DNA of 64,000 nucleotides from a virus. The notes under the pieces were generated by a model that was not told the origin of the DNA, made no database searches, and saw nothing but the letters and a program-made list of their open reading frames with translations. The first letter of the stretch is position 1. Every line of letters begins with the position of its first letter. The position numbers were made by a program, and so were the translations under genes. Location: the IMG/VR virus record IMGVR_UViG_3300025684_000011. One strand, written 5' to 3'. Of the stretch, positions 1 through 9,800 are shown piece after piece.

Positions 1-83
1 ATGTTTGGAACAAATTTTGTTAGTCTCTGGTAGTTTTCTTCTGCGTTCCATTCGCCTTGGGAAATAAAAAATACATCTAACAT
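1..83 (-). CDS. Partial (runs off the window) glycosyltransferase-like protein, paralog of 88..1062
   Basis: Manual translation from ATG at 83 gives MLDVFFISQGEWNAEENYQRLTKFVPN, matching DVVFISYDEPNADENWAHL of the upstream gene. Confidence 0.7.
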   Translation of the reverse strand, partial: MLDVFFISQGEWNAEENYQRLTKFVPN

Positions 84-87
84 CTAA

Positions 88-1062
88 TCAACCTACTATT
101 AACTGATCAACATCAGCTTCTCTAACTAATGGTGCTAGTCTGATAGGATTAAAGTAACTGGCTTTATAAAACTTACTTGCTTGTTCATCTAATGTTGCAA
201 TCTCTAAACTCATATCTTGTTTTAATATTCTTCCTAGCTTTTCTACTTCATTGTATAATTTTTTTGTATTCCAAGAGAAGTCGCTTATTGCACAATGCTC
301 ATCTGTTCCGTAAAACTTTGGCATAATTTCTTCATGCCAGTATTTGTTATGCCATTCAAAGTCTCGAACTAAAGTAAAATCAAACTCGCTTCTTTTTAAG
401 TTTGTCATATAGCAACCTAATCTAGCACCATACATTGCCCATAAGCCATTTTCAACATCAGCACCAACACTCATCCAAATTAACAAACGTCTATGATTTT
501 TGTAATTGTTTCTCTCTGCTACTTGTCGCCAATCCATAGGCTGACCGTTATGTAATGCTAACTTAACACCTTCCCTAAATCCTGCTCTATATGCTTGATA
601 AGGAGTCTTATTGTTATACACATCACTATAGATATTGTTTAACTGATGATAATGTATATCCCAACAAAAGTCAACAGCACCTGCTCCGCCACTAACTTCC
701 TCATGTGTTCTCATTTGTTCAACTACTTTTACTGGCCATAATTTAATACCACCATTGCCGTATACTAAACCATTTATAATATTCTTCCCTGACCAACTTA
801 GTACGTCACTTTTATCAAATGCTTCTATCTCTAGTTCAAGTTCAAAGAAATCTTCTCTTACTTTATTATCTGCATCAATACCAATGAAGCGTTCTGTTTC
901 AGATAGTTTAGCGGCGGCTTTATGGCAAGCATCAGATCCAAATACTCCGTGACTTCTTTTAGCCCAAGGACAAATTGATTGTAAATGAGCCCAATTCTCG
1001 TCTGCATTTGGTTCATCATAACTGATAAACACAACATCATATTCACTTATAGGCACACTCAT
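88..1062 (-). CDS. Putative GT-A fold glycosyltransferase-like protein
   Basis: 324 aa; N-terminal DVVFISYDE strand and a DxD motif (FIGIDADN); lies in a cluster with other DxD proteins. Confidence 0.6.
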   Translation of the reverse strand: MSVPISEYDVVFISYDEPNADENWAHLQSICPWAKRSHGVFGSDACHKAAAKLSETERFIGIDADNKVREDFFELELEIEAFDKSDVLSWSGKNIINGLVYGNGGIKLWPVKVVEQMRTHEEVSGGAGAVDFCWDIHYHQLNNIYSDVYNNKTPYQAYRAGFREGVKLALHNGQPMDWRQVAERNNYKNHRRLLIWMSVGADVENGLWAMYGARLGCYMTNLKRSEFDFTLVRDFEWHNKYWHEEIMPKFYGTDEHCAISDFSWNTKKLYNEVEKLGRILKQDMSLEIATLDEQASKFYKASYFNPIRLAPLVREADVDQLIVG

Positions 1063-2033
1063 GCTTCTACTCCTACGTCTAGATTGTTTGCTTTATATAA
1101 CAAATTTATTGGGGTGTTGTTTGGCCAGTTAGTAGATATCTCAAACGGTACATTTTGTCTTAACATTAGTGCAGGTAAACTAACCCATGCTACAAAGTTA
1201 TCAGGATCATCTCCTGTTATTAGAGCACCTTTTAAATCTCCAGTCAAATCGTCTATTGCACTTCCTGCTGTATAATTACTTTGTGCATAAACTTTACCAT
1301 CTTTTATATATAATGTAATATGTGTTCCTGGTCCAGGATGAGATATAATTGTTTGTAGTTCTGACGTTCCGTTAAATGCATAATATTTTTCTGTCTTTAC
1401 AAATACTATTCCTGTTGCTACTTGAGGTAAGTTTAAACGTACATCTTTATCATTATGTACAATGTTGTGTATAACAGAAGGATCAATTAAATCCCATAAA
1501 GAAAACTCTGCATATCCTTTTTCTATTAATTGACCTATAGCAATATCAATATTACCAAAGTATATGTGTGGATCGCTACTATCAGTTATGTAAATTTTAA
1601 GAGGCATTGTTGCTTTATTTTCCATTGCACGAGTTGTCCAAATTCTGTTTGGTTCTACTCTCACTATTCCTTTTTCAGCAAACAATACAAATTTTATTTC
1701 AGCATTATTATTTTCTTCATGTAACGTAGTACTATGCCAATTATAACGACTATTTGTTGCAAGTTTGTAAGAATCTAGTTTACGTTTATCAACTAAATCT
1801 AATGCTCCAATTTTTTCATTAAGTGCAACCTTATAGTTACTTTGGCTATCACTACCTTCTAATAAACTTTTAATTTTAGCATATGTAACATTAAGTGCTT
1901 TTGGATTATCAGGTTGTCTTCCTGCAGATATTTTCTTAATAGTACCGGCACCGTCATATTCAACTGACCAAAATTCTTCTTTAACTCTTGTACGTTTTCT
2001 AACTGTAAATTGTATATCAGCCATTGTGTACAT
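1059..2033 (-). CDS. Hypothetical protein in the glycosyltransferase cluster
   Basis: 324-aa ORF overlapping both neighbours; no motif recognised. Confidence 0.7.
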   Translation of the reverse strand: MYTMADIQFTVRKRTRVKEEFWSVEYDGAGTIKKISAGRQPDNPKALNVTYAKIKSLLEGSDSQSNYKVALNEKIGALDLVDKRKLDSYKLATNSRYNWHSTTLHEENNNAEIKFVLFAEKGIVRVEPNRIWTTRAMENKATMPLKIYITDSSDPHIYFGNIDIAIGQLIEKGYAEFSLWDLIDPSVIHNIVHNDKDVRLNLPQVATGIVFVKTEKYYAFNGTSELQTIISHPGPGTHITLYIKDGKVYAQSNYTAGSAIDDLTGDLKGALITGDDPDNFVAWVSLPALMLRQNVPFEISTNWPNNTPINLLYKANNLDVGVEA

Positions 2034-2718
2034 ACTCCAATGTTTTCTCTGATTTATCTAACCATACTGGAAATAACTGTACATGATTTTCTAATTTAAA
2101 ATTACTGTTTGACGGATAATAAGAAATCCAATCATGCCATGTATTAGTTGCATACATTACAGGAGCAGTTTCTAAGTCTCTAATACTCATATCAACTAAC
2201 GGAAATGTTTCATATGCTTGCCAGGACGGAAACAAAGAAACTATAGCACTTAGCCAATGTTGTAACTCTGCTTCTTCTGGAAAATAGTAAGTCCATAACT
2301 GTTCTTGTGTAAAGTTTATTACTAACATAAACGACTCAACGGCACTCATTGAATCTCCTATTAGCATGACATACGGAATCCCCAAATGATTATTCTCTTC
2401 TTGTACTTTTCTTTTTAGTATTTTCTTTTTAGGAATTTCTAATAACCTGTGATCTACAAGTTTACCAGGAACTATGTTTATTTTGTGCTCTATCGCAATT
2501 TCTAATAACTTAAACGACATAGGTCTAATAGCAACACCTGCCTGACATAATATATCTCCGTCCTCAAGTGGAATACGAGATAGTTCAAGTAATTGCTCTT
2601 CTGGGCTTGTTTCTAATAGTTCTACAAATACAGTTTCAACATCATCTTTAAAAGACTTTATATCAGCTTCAGTTACTTTATATAGTTCCATGTTGTTCCC
2701 AAATACATAACACTTCAT
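2017..2718 (-). CDS. Hypothetical protein, possibly a degenerate glycosyltransferase
   Basis: 233-aa ORF coupled to 2715..3590 by ATGA overlap; GT similarity is only an impression. Confidence 0.55.
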   Translation of the reverse strand: MKCYVFGNNMELYKVTEADIKSFKDDVETVFVELLETSPEEQLLELSRIPLEDGDILCQAGVAIRPMSFKLLEIAIEHKINIVPGKLVDHRLLEIPKKKILKRKVQEENNHLGIPYVMLIGDSMSAVESFMLVINFTQEQLWTYYFPEEAELQHWLSAIVSLFPSWQAYETFPLVDMSIRDLETAPVMYATNTWHDWISYYPSNSNFKLENHVQLFPVWLDKSEKTLEYVHNG

Positions 2719-3590
2719 GACATAAAACTCATAATTTGTCTATAGTTACGAAGTATACTCATTTTGTTCATCATATGTATATCCTCTCCTGTAACTCTTA
2801 CTGCAATATTTTTATATTCCTCTTCTAAGTTACTAAGCATAACCCAATCGTTTGCTCCTTTAACTTCTACAATATCATCACGTTGATCTTGGTAACGCAT
2901 ATGTAAAGGTATGCGTCCTATAAACCCTCCGTCTTGGAAGCCGTCACATAAGTGACATGCAATAGAAGCCGCATAGTCAGTACGATACAAACTTCCAGGA
3001 AACTTATATAGGAAGCGATAATATTCCCAATGATCCTTTACATGCGACCATACATTAAAGAAATGTTGTGCTTCTTCAGACTTTCTCCAATATACTACTG
3101 TTGACCACCACATGCGTATTCCTGCATAATGTAACCATCTTTCTGTAGTGTAAGGTTCTTGACAACGCAGATTCATTGCATCTCGATGCATAGCTACATC
3201 GCTTGGGCCGCCGAATAGCATTTCTAGATTATTATTTCCAACAAGATAGTCTGTGTCAATCAATATAGTTTCATCAAACGGAGTTATATTGTAAATATCA
3301 TGTTTATTAGTATTTGTAAATTGAGCATTAAAACTATGATATGCTCCATCATTATGTATTCTAATATTAGTTTCATATTCTGGATCAGTCATAATGACTT
3401 GATCCCAGAGTTTTGTGGTCATCTTTTTTGTAGTATATTGTTTGGATTGAATTAAACTGCGTTCGTTGGTTACTAACACTACGGGAATATCTGGCATATA
3501 TTTCTTTAGTGCTGAAGTGGCAACAATCGCTAATTTAGTATAATCTATTTGCTCATTGTTATAAGCAAACATCATAAAACCTTTTGTCAT
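2715..3590 (-). CDS. GT-A fold glycosyltransferase (GT8-like)
   Basis: PFDETILIDTDY DxD motif, N-terminal GFMMFAYNN strand, WSTVVYWRKS and YRTDYA segments. Confidence 0.7.
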   Translation of the reverse strand: MTKGFMMFAYNNEQIDYTKLAIVATSALKKYMPDIPVVLVTNERSLIQSKQYTTKKMTTKLWDQVIMTDPEYETNIRIHNDGAYHSFNAQFTNTNKHDIYNITPFDETILIDTDYLVGNNNLEMLFGGPSDVAMHRDAMNLRCQEPYTTERWLHYAGIRMWWSTVVYWRKSEEAQHFFNVWSHVKDHWEYYRFLYKFPGSLYRTDYAASIACHLCDGFQDGGFIGRIPLHMRYQDQRDDIVEVKGANDWVMLSNLEEEYKNIAVRVTGEDIHMMNKMSILRNYRQIMSFMS

Positions 3591-3940
3591 TTTGCTCCTA
3601 CAACTGTCTTTGTTGCTCTAGCTTTTTTTAGTTTTTGTTGTTCGTCCCATTTTAGTTGCATTGCTTTATCATATGTTTCTAATAGTTTCTTTAGGAACTC
3701 TTTGCTTTTATCAATAGAACTAGTATTACCAATGCTATCTGCAATGTATAATACTTTTTTAGGATTTAGACTTACCTGTGCAGACACATAACCAATTAAG
3801 TCTTGTGTTACTTTAAAGACATAATTGTTATAGTTTAGTAGTAACATTGATTCAACACGGGCATCAATGTTCTTCCTTTGTGTTTGCAGAGTCAGTCTAT
3901 AATTTGCAAAATCAAGTGCTTTTTTTAGTCTATCATCCAT
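3587..3940 (-). CDS. Hypothetical protein, first gene of the glycosyltransferase operon
   Basis: 117-aa ORF with AGGAT upstream and a TAAATA box at 3969-3974 (minus). Confidence 0.7.
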   Translation of the reverse strand: MDDRLKKALDFANYRLTLQTQRKNIDARVESMLLLNYNNYVFKVTQDLIGYVSAQVSLNPKKVLYIADSIGNTSSIDKSKEFLKKLLETYDKAMQLKWDEQQKLKKARATKTVVGAK

Positions 3941-4001
3941 ATTACTATCCTAGAGTTATGTATGCACTTATTTATTGGGAGAATGTAACGAAGTTAAACC
4001 G

Positions 4002-5009
4002 TTAAGTTTGTGTCCATACAACAGGGTTTGATACTACTGGTGTTGGAATATCTAACGTTACGTTGTTTTCTGTAACACTATTAGGATGGACCATAGTTGC
4101 TATTACAGAAAGTTCACCTGTTGATGCAAGTGCTGTACTAGAGCTATCTAGTACTATTCTTAAGTTAAGATACTTACTATCAGTACCATAAACTCTTCCA
4201 TAAACTTTTACTCGTATACTTGAATAATTACCATAACCAGCATAGCCGCCATATCCGCCATATCCGCCATATCCGCCATATCCGCCGCCGCCACCAGCTG
4301 GGCTAGTGTAGAGTAGTTTTTCTGTTGTATTCAGTTCACTAAATCCAATGTCTTGTGTAATACCAACAGAATTTAAACTTGCTATTGTATCAACACTAAG
4401 TTTAAGAATACCCATGTCTGCAAATAATGTTTTCCATGTTGTATAACCCGAACCGCTTCCGTTAGTATATGCAAGTTCTAATCTAATATCACCACCAGCA
4501 TTAAAGAAGTGTCTAGCACTTTCATAGTAAGCTGGGTCAGTACCAAACAAATAATCTAGTTGTGTTTCAAACTTATTTGTCCAGCCTGTGGTGCTACTAA
4601 AAGTGTTTAATGTAGTTAATTGTGTTAAGTTTGGATCTACTTCGTTGCGTTTAATTCTTGCTAATTCTAGTAAATCATGAGCAGTATTAAAAAAATCTGC
4701 TGTAATTTTTCCGCCTCTAGAAGTTACAACTAGCTCGTCATCTGAAGCATCTGTCCTGTATGTGCTAATATTAATTCTATTAACAAGTTCGTTAGCATAA
4801 GAAGATGTAACCTTATCTCCTCTTGCTACAGTCGGTACTTCTGTTCCACCCCAACCCCAACGAATATCATCTTGAACTGCGGCGTCATCTGTTTCTGATG
4901 GACCTTCATTTGCATGTGTATCTGCAAATAGTTCATTTACTTGATCTGAAAGATTATTAAAATAATCTTTCGTAATTTTATCGCCACGGCTATTTGGGTG
5001 CCCAGACAT
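4002..5009 (-). CDS. Structural or short-fibre protein with a GGY-rich loop
   Basis: 335 aa; repeated GDKIT/GDKVT/GGKIT N-terminal units, ARHFFNAGG motif and GGYGGYGGYGGY; follows baseplate genes. Confidence 0.6.
   Translation of the reverse strand: MSGHPNSRGDKITKDYFNNLSDQVNELFADTHANEGPSETDDAAVQDDIRWGWGGTEVPTVARGDKVTSSYANELVNRINISTYRTDASDDELVVTSRGGKITADFFNTAHDLLELARIKRNEVDPNLTQLTTLNTFSSTTGWTNKFETQLDYLFGTDPAYYESARHFFNAGGDIRLELAYTNGSGSGYTTWKTLFADMGILKLSVDTIASLNSVGITQDIGFSELNTTEKLLYTSPAGGGGGYGGYGGYGGYGGYAGYGNYSSIRVKVYGRVYGTDSKYLNLRIVLDSSSTALASTGELSVIATMVHPNSVTENNVTLDIPTPVVSNPVVWTQT
4242..4286. repeat. 9-bp tandem repeat (atatccgcc)x4 plus one variant, encoding GGY
   Basis: Exact copies at 4251, 4260, 4269 and 4278; atagccgcc at 4242. 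Confidence 0.9.
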
Positions 5010-6121
5010 TATCTGACTCCTACTGTTGCCTCAATTAATCCAATACCTTCGCCATCATAATCTTGTAAACTACGGCCAATGATACTAAAAAGAGGATCGT
5101 TTTCTGTTGCTTTTCTTGCAACTCCTGGTGTTTCACTTGCTACTAATCTATCTCCTTTTCCAATTGGTCCTGAGACTTTAGTAGGAATACGTCCTGCTAC
5201 TGCAATTGGCATTGCATGTTTCTCTCTTTTCTTTCTTGCGTTTAACAAGTAAGCTGGTCTAGTTGATACCACACCAAAGATACTTGGATCTCCGTCAAAC
5301 ATAGTGCTAGTTACTTCGTTAACACCGCCTAGTGCAACCAATGTGCCTGGCTCGTATGTTGCATCACCTACATAAATTTCTGCAACGTCAGCAAATTCTG
5401 CTTCAACTGCTACACCACGAATTTTAAAATCACTACTTGAATTTAAATTTAATCCTTTTCCAATTATACCAGTTTGGTTATAATCTCCAGATCCTAAATC
5501 GGCATCTACGCCACCTGCGTCTGCTCCGCAAAATGATTGTAAATTTTCACTTGCATGTGGTACATAATCTGCATCACTACTTAAAATAGCAACAAGTATT
5601 CCGTTGACTTTAAGTTTAATTGCAGGATGTATGTTTAAGTTAGGTGTTGCATCAACATAATTTGTATCTTTAATTGTTTCATTTATAACAACGCCTGTTT
5701 CTAATCCTGGAACTCCAAAAACATTGTTTAACTGAATAAACGCAGTTCCGTCCCACATAAACACACCTTGGTTTGCTGTATCAAACCACATATCTCCTTT
5801 AGCTCGTTTAACTAAAGAGGGTTGAGTACCAACAAACAAGTGCCCTACTGGCTTCCAAACTCCACCGCCTTGGTAAATGTTTATTTGTTTTGGTTCTCCA
5901 ACTACATCGGTATTTCTATACCAAATTTGACCAACGATAGGGTTGGCTGGTTCGTCGTTACTATTGAAATTTTCTAATAGTTTGACAAAGTTTTCAGCAA
6001 TTAATTCTCCATATCCTAAATAGTTTTTTCCTAAAAGATTTAATCCATACGTTGTATCGATTTCACCTTCTTGGATATTTAGGAGAATTGTGCCATCTGT
6101 TTTGTTTACTTCATATGCCAT
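5009..6121 (-). CDS. Baseplate-associated short fibre with a C-terminal peptidase-G2-like intramolecular chaperone domain
   Basis: LLGKNYLGYGELIAENFVKLLENF N-terminus; GQIWY and GDMWFD repeats; C-terminal ADVAEIY...GVVSTRPAYLLN...AGRIPTKV..KGDRLV. Confidence 0.6.
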   Translation of the reverse strand: MAYEVNKTDGTILLNIQEGEIDTTYGLNLLGKNYLGYGELIAENFVKLLENFNSNDEPANPIVGQIWYRNTDVVGEPKQINIYQGGGVWKPVGHLFVGTQPSLVKRAKGDMWFDTANQGVFMWDGTAFIQLNNVFGVPGLETGVVINETIKDTNYVDATPNLNIHPAIKLKVNGILVAILSSDADYVPHASENLQSFCGADAGGVDADLGSGDYNQTGIIGKGLNLNSSSDFKIRGVAVEAEFADVAEIYVGDATYEPGTLVALGGVNEVTSTMFDGDPSIFGVVSTRPAYLLNARKKREKHAMPIAVAGRIPTKVSGPIGKGDRLVASETPGVARKATENDPLFSIIGRSLQDYDGEGIGLIEATVGVR

Positions 6122-6153
6122 AGTTTATATCCTTTACCTATTATTTAGTACAA

Positions 6154-6777
6154 TTAAGCTCTTATTCTAAGTGTGTAAATAATTTGTATTCTTTGTTCTG
6201 CGGTTTTCGTAACCGGATGAAACCTATAATGCGTTAATAATCTTCCGCTATTTAAGCCTGTAATTCCTTTGCTTTTCAAGCCAATTTCATCAAAAATTAT
6301 CTCTCCATTACTTGCTAATCCTGAATCATATGTTGCGTCAGTTAGATTAGTTATATACCCACCAGTTTGTGAGTTAATATCTGGGTCTGCATAATCAAGT
6401 GTAGTTGTAACAACTAAATCAGTAAACTGCGATCCTCTAATATGATCTGTTTCTACTTTATTATCATTTGGTAAAATGTTACCAAAATCTAAAGCATCTA
6501 CTAATCTATAATATAAAGGATGATACAGCCCTGCATTCTCACCAAGAATATTAGCTGGCTTATATGTAATTACTCCTGAATTAATAGTACTTGCTCCGTC
6601 ACCAAAATGTATTTCGCTAACAATACTGTTACCACTACTCATTACTTCAGCTAAGGTTTGACTCATGTTTTCTTTATGAACTGAGTTCTTTCCTTCGCGA
6701 AGTATTTGTTTTGTGTCTAGATCGACAATTTTTACGAAACCTTCGATGCTTGCATTTATATCTTGAATATGTGTCAT
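6154..6777 (-). CDS. Baseplate structural protein
   Basis: 207 aa; IFDEIGL...LLTHYRFHPVTK..RIQIIYTLRI C-terminus; directly downstream of the giant wedge gene. Confidence 0.6.
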   Translation of the reverse strand: MTHIQDINASIEGFVKIVDLDTKQILREGKNSVHKENMSQTLAEVMSSGNSIVSEIHFGDGASTINSGVITYKPANILGENAGLYHPLYYRLVDALDFGNILPNDNKVETDHIRGSQFTDLVVTTTLDYADPDINSQTGGYITNLTDATYDSGLASNGEIIFDEIGLKSKGITGLNSGRLLTHYRFHPVTKTAEQRIQIIYTLRIRA

Positions 6778-6808
6778 TAGTAATATTTAGCCTGTTTGTT
6801 ATAACCCG

Positions 6809-9800
6809 TTATATCGTAGGAACTACCTCAGATGCTCCATTTGGATCAACCTCTACTAGTGTTGATGTTGAAACATCTGGATTAAGGAAATTAATCGTAT
6901 TTCCATCTTCATCAGTAAGTACTGCGTCATCTATGCTAACTGTAAATTCTTCTGTTTCAATAGTCATTATTAATGATTCAGTAATACCAACGTTTATTGT
7001 ATCGTTGCTTGATAATTTATTATTAAAGTTTGCTATTTTAGTATGATAAGGTTTTACTTCTTGTATATAAGTTGCAACTTGCTCTGCTAATTTATCATAA
7101 AATAAAGAAACGCCTCTTAAATCATCTGATGATGTTTTAGAAATATCTAAGTAAGTAGATTTAATTGCCCAACTTGAATTTGGAATTTGATTAAGTGATT
7201 CTTTTACCATATCAAAGAAAAATAAGTTAAAGAATCCAATGTCGTTTGTGACTAATAAATCTTCTCTTAATGCAGTTAATAAACTTTCTAATACTTCGCT
7301 ACCATCTTCGTCCCATGGAAATTTATCCCACCTTGCGGTATCCCATGCATCACCTAATGAGCCATCCCATACTGTATCTAAAAATTGTATTGTTCCATCA
7401 CGTTGAAAAACTAATTCAATGTCTAATCCGTTTTTATTAAATGATCTTTCTAGCTCTCCATTTGAGTCTAGTAATCCAAAAACAGTAATATTAGACGACA
7501 ATGTTGTTATCTCTGATAAGTTGTCTACAAAAGCCTGTTCGCTTCCAGCAACATATCCAGTACCAAGATAATCAACAAACTCCCAGTAAGGTGTTAAATC
7601 TTTTACATAAGGTCCAAACAATGGCTGATATGTTAATAGATGTGCATCATATGTTGCTTTTGAAACAACATTTGCCTGTAATAGATATTTGTTTGCCGAA
7701 TAAACAAAATTACGTCTTGCTTCTTTTATATCTTTATACCATGTTTGTGGTAGAGGAACATACTGATTTCCGTACCTACGAAGTGGATGAAGTTTAGTAT
7801 CTGGCACTCGTCTTCTTGCCGGAATAACTGCTAAGTATTCTCCGTTTAATCCGCCTGCTTTTTGTACTGCGGTTGCTCCACTAACTACCATATTCCAATC
7901 ACTTAGTGCATCTGCTACAAAATCACTAGTTGACGTATAACCTGTTTTGTTTGTTATAAGCATTGGTCTATGTAACTTTTTCTTAGTTTCTAGTCTAAGA
8001 TCAGTTGATAATGCAAATACATTTCCTAACGAGTCAACTAAGTTTCCAGTTCCTTCGTCAATTTGATAAATTGGTCTAAGTACTCCTTCTACTTTTTCTC
8101 TAGTATCGTTTAAGAATTTTACCACAGGAACATCATTATCATTATAGGTACTTGTTGTAACTACTTGCGAAAGATTATAGTTTATAACAACATCTCCTTC
8201 GTTATAAAGTGTATTGGGTATCCATTCTTTTAAAGCATGTGTTCTTCTATATTGATCTCTGCCAGATATACTTGTTTTAAGTCTACGAAATAAGTATTCA
8301 GGAATAACACTTCCTGACTTTCCTTCGCTTACTAATAAACTATTAACATGTTGTTGCAGTCCGTCTGTTCTTTCGACTATTCTAAGTATTACACTTTTTC
8401 TACTTGCTAAGAATCCATTAGCATTTGAAAGTACTAATGCGTTAGTTGCAATTGGACTTGCCCAAGTTATTCCTGCAATATCTGGACTGTTTAATGCAGA
8501 TTGTATTGCAAGAGCAGAGTAAGTTCTTTTTGCTCCTGCAGGAATATTTGAAGGATTTTTACTCCAATAATAATATTTTGTTACTAATGCCCCGTTGTTA
8601 TTATATTCTTGATTTTCAGTATATCTAATTATACCGTCACCATCAGAGTAATCTATTCTTGCATCAGGATGTGTGTCTACTGCTGGTTCTTCATCTGATG
8701 AATACCATTCGTAAATTTCTACTTCACTATCTGCAAATTGCTCTCCCCAGTAGTTTGCTCTATACTCTACATTGTTTCTTTGCTCGTATTCTGCATAACG
8801 TAGTTTACTGGTATCCCACCATAGTTTTCCGATCTGTGTGTTTTCCCAATATGTTGTTGCATCAAGTTCTTCGTTTCCAAATTCATCTATATTGTAAACT
8901 GCCGGATCTACTCCTTGCCTGTAGTTTAGATATTGTACTACATCGTCAATAGTAAATCCCTTATAAGGATCAAACAATTCAATGTTAGCAATTTTATTTC
9001 CTGTATCACCATCTAATAATGTAATACTGTCAATTGCAGTTGAGTCTACCATGTTGCCTTGTAACGTTGTTGCTTCTTCGTTAATGATCCAAGCAGTTCC
9101 GTTAAATTCATATACTGTATATTCTCCTTGAGCAGTACTATCTGGCTCAAGATAAAACTTAGTTCCTACAGCAATATTTGTTAGGTTTGTTGGTAAATCT
9201 GCTGTAGTTTTGCCCTTGGTATTCATCATTGTTATAGATACTAGGTTTTCTGTTTTTGTTGAAACTCTAGTAGGAACTAAGATATTATAAGCATCAATAA
9301 CTTTTGTAACTACATGAAAAGTTCTAATTGTTTCTTCAGTAGTTCCTAATATCAATAACATGTCATCAACTGCTAATCCATGTGCATTGGCAAATGTAAC
9401 TTTACTTTCTTCTAATGCAGGATCACCATTAGGACAAATTTCATTTATTAATGCTGGAACAGTACCTTGTAAAATATTCCAACTAACTTCAGTTTCACCT
9501 GTTTCTGTTGTTGTAAAATCTTTGAAGTTAAAGTCACTTAACCATACTGTAGGAGGAAGTGAAATAGCATCTTCAGTAACTACAGTCCATTGTGCTGAAT
9601 CAAATGCAGTATTTTGTCCGCCAGTTACATTTTCTATTGCTTGATATAGTAAGCCATTATTGAAAACTCTATCACCTTCTTTGTATACTCCAAACTTACT
9701 AAAAGATCTTAGTTCGTCTAAACGTTCAAATTTATCATCTTCAAATAATCCAATGTTAGATCCAACTAGCTCATTGACACTTCTTTTCTGTACATTGGTT

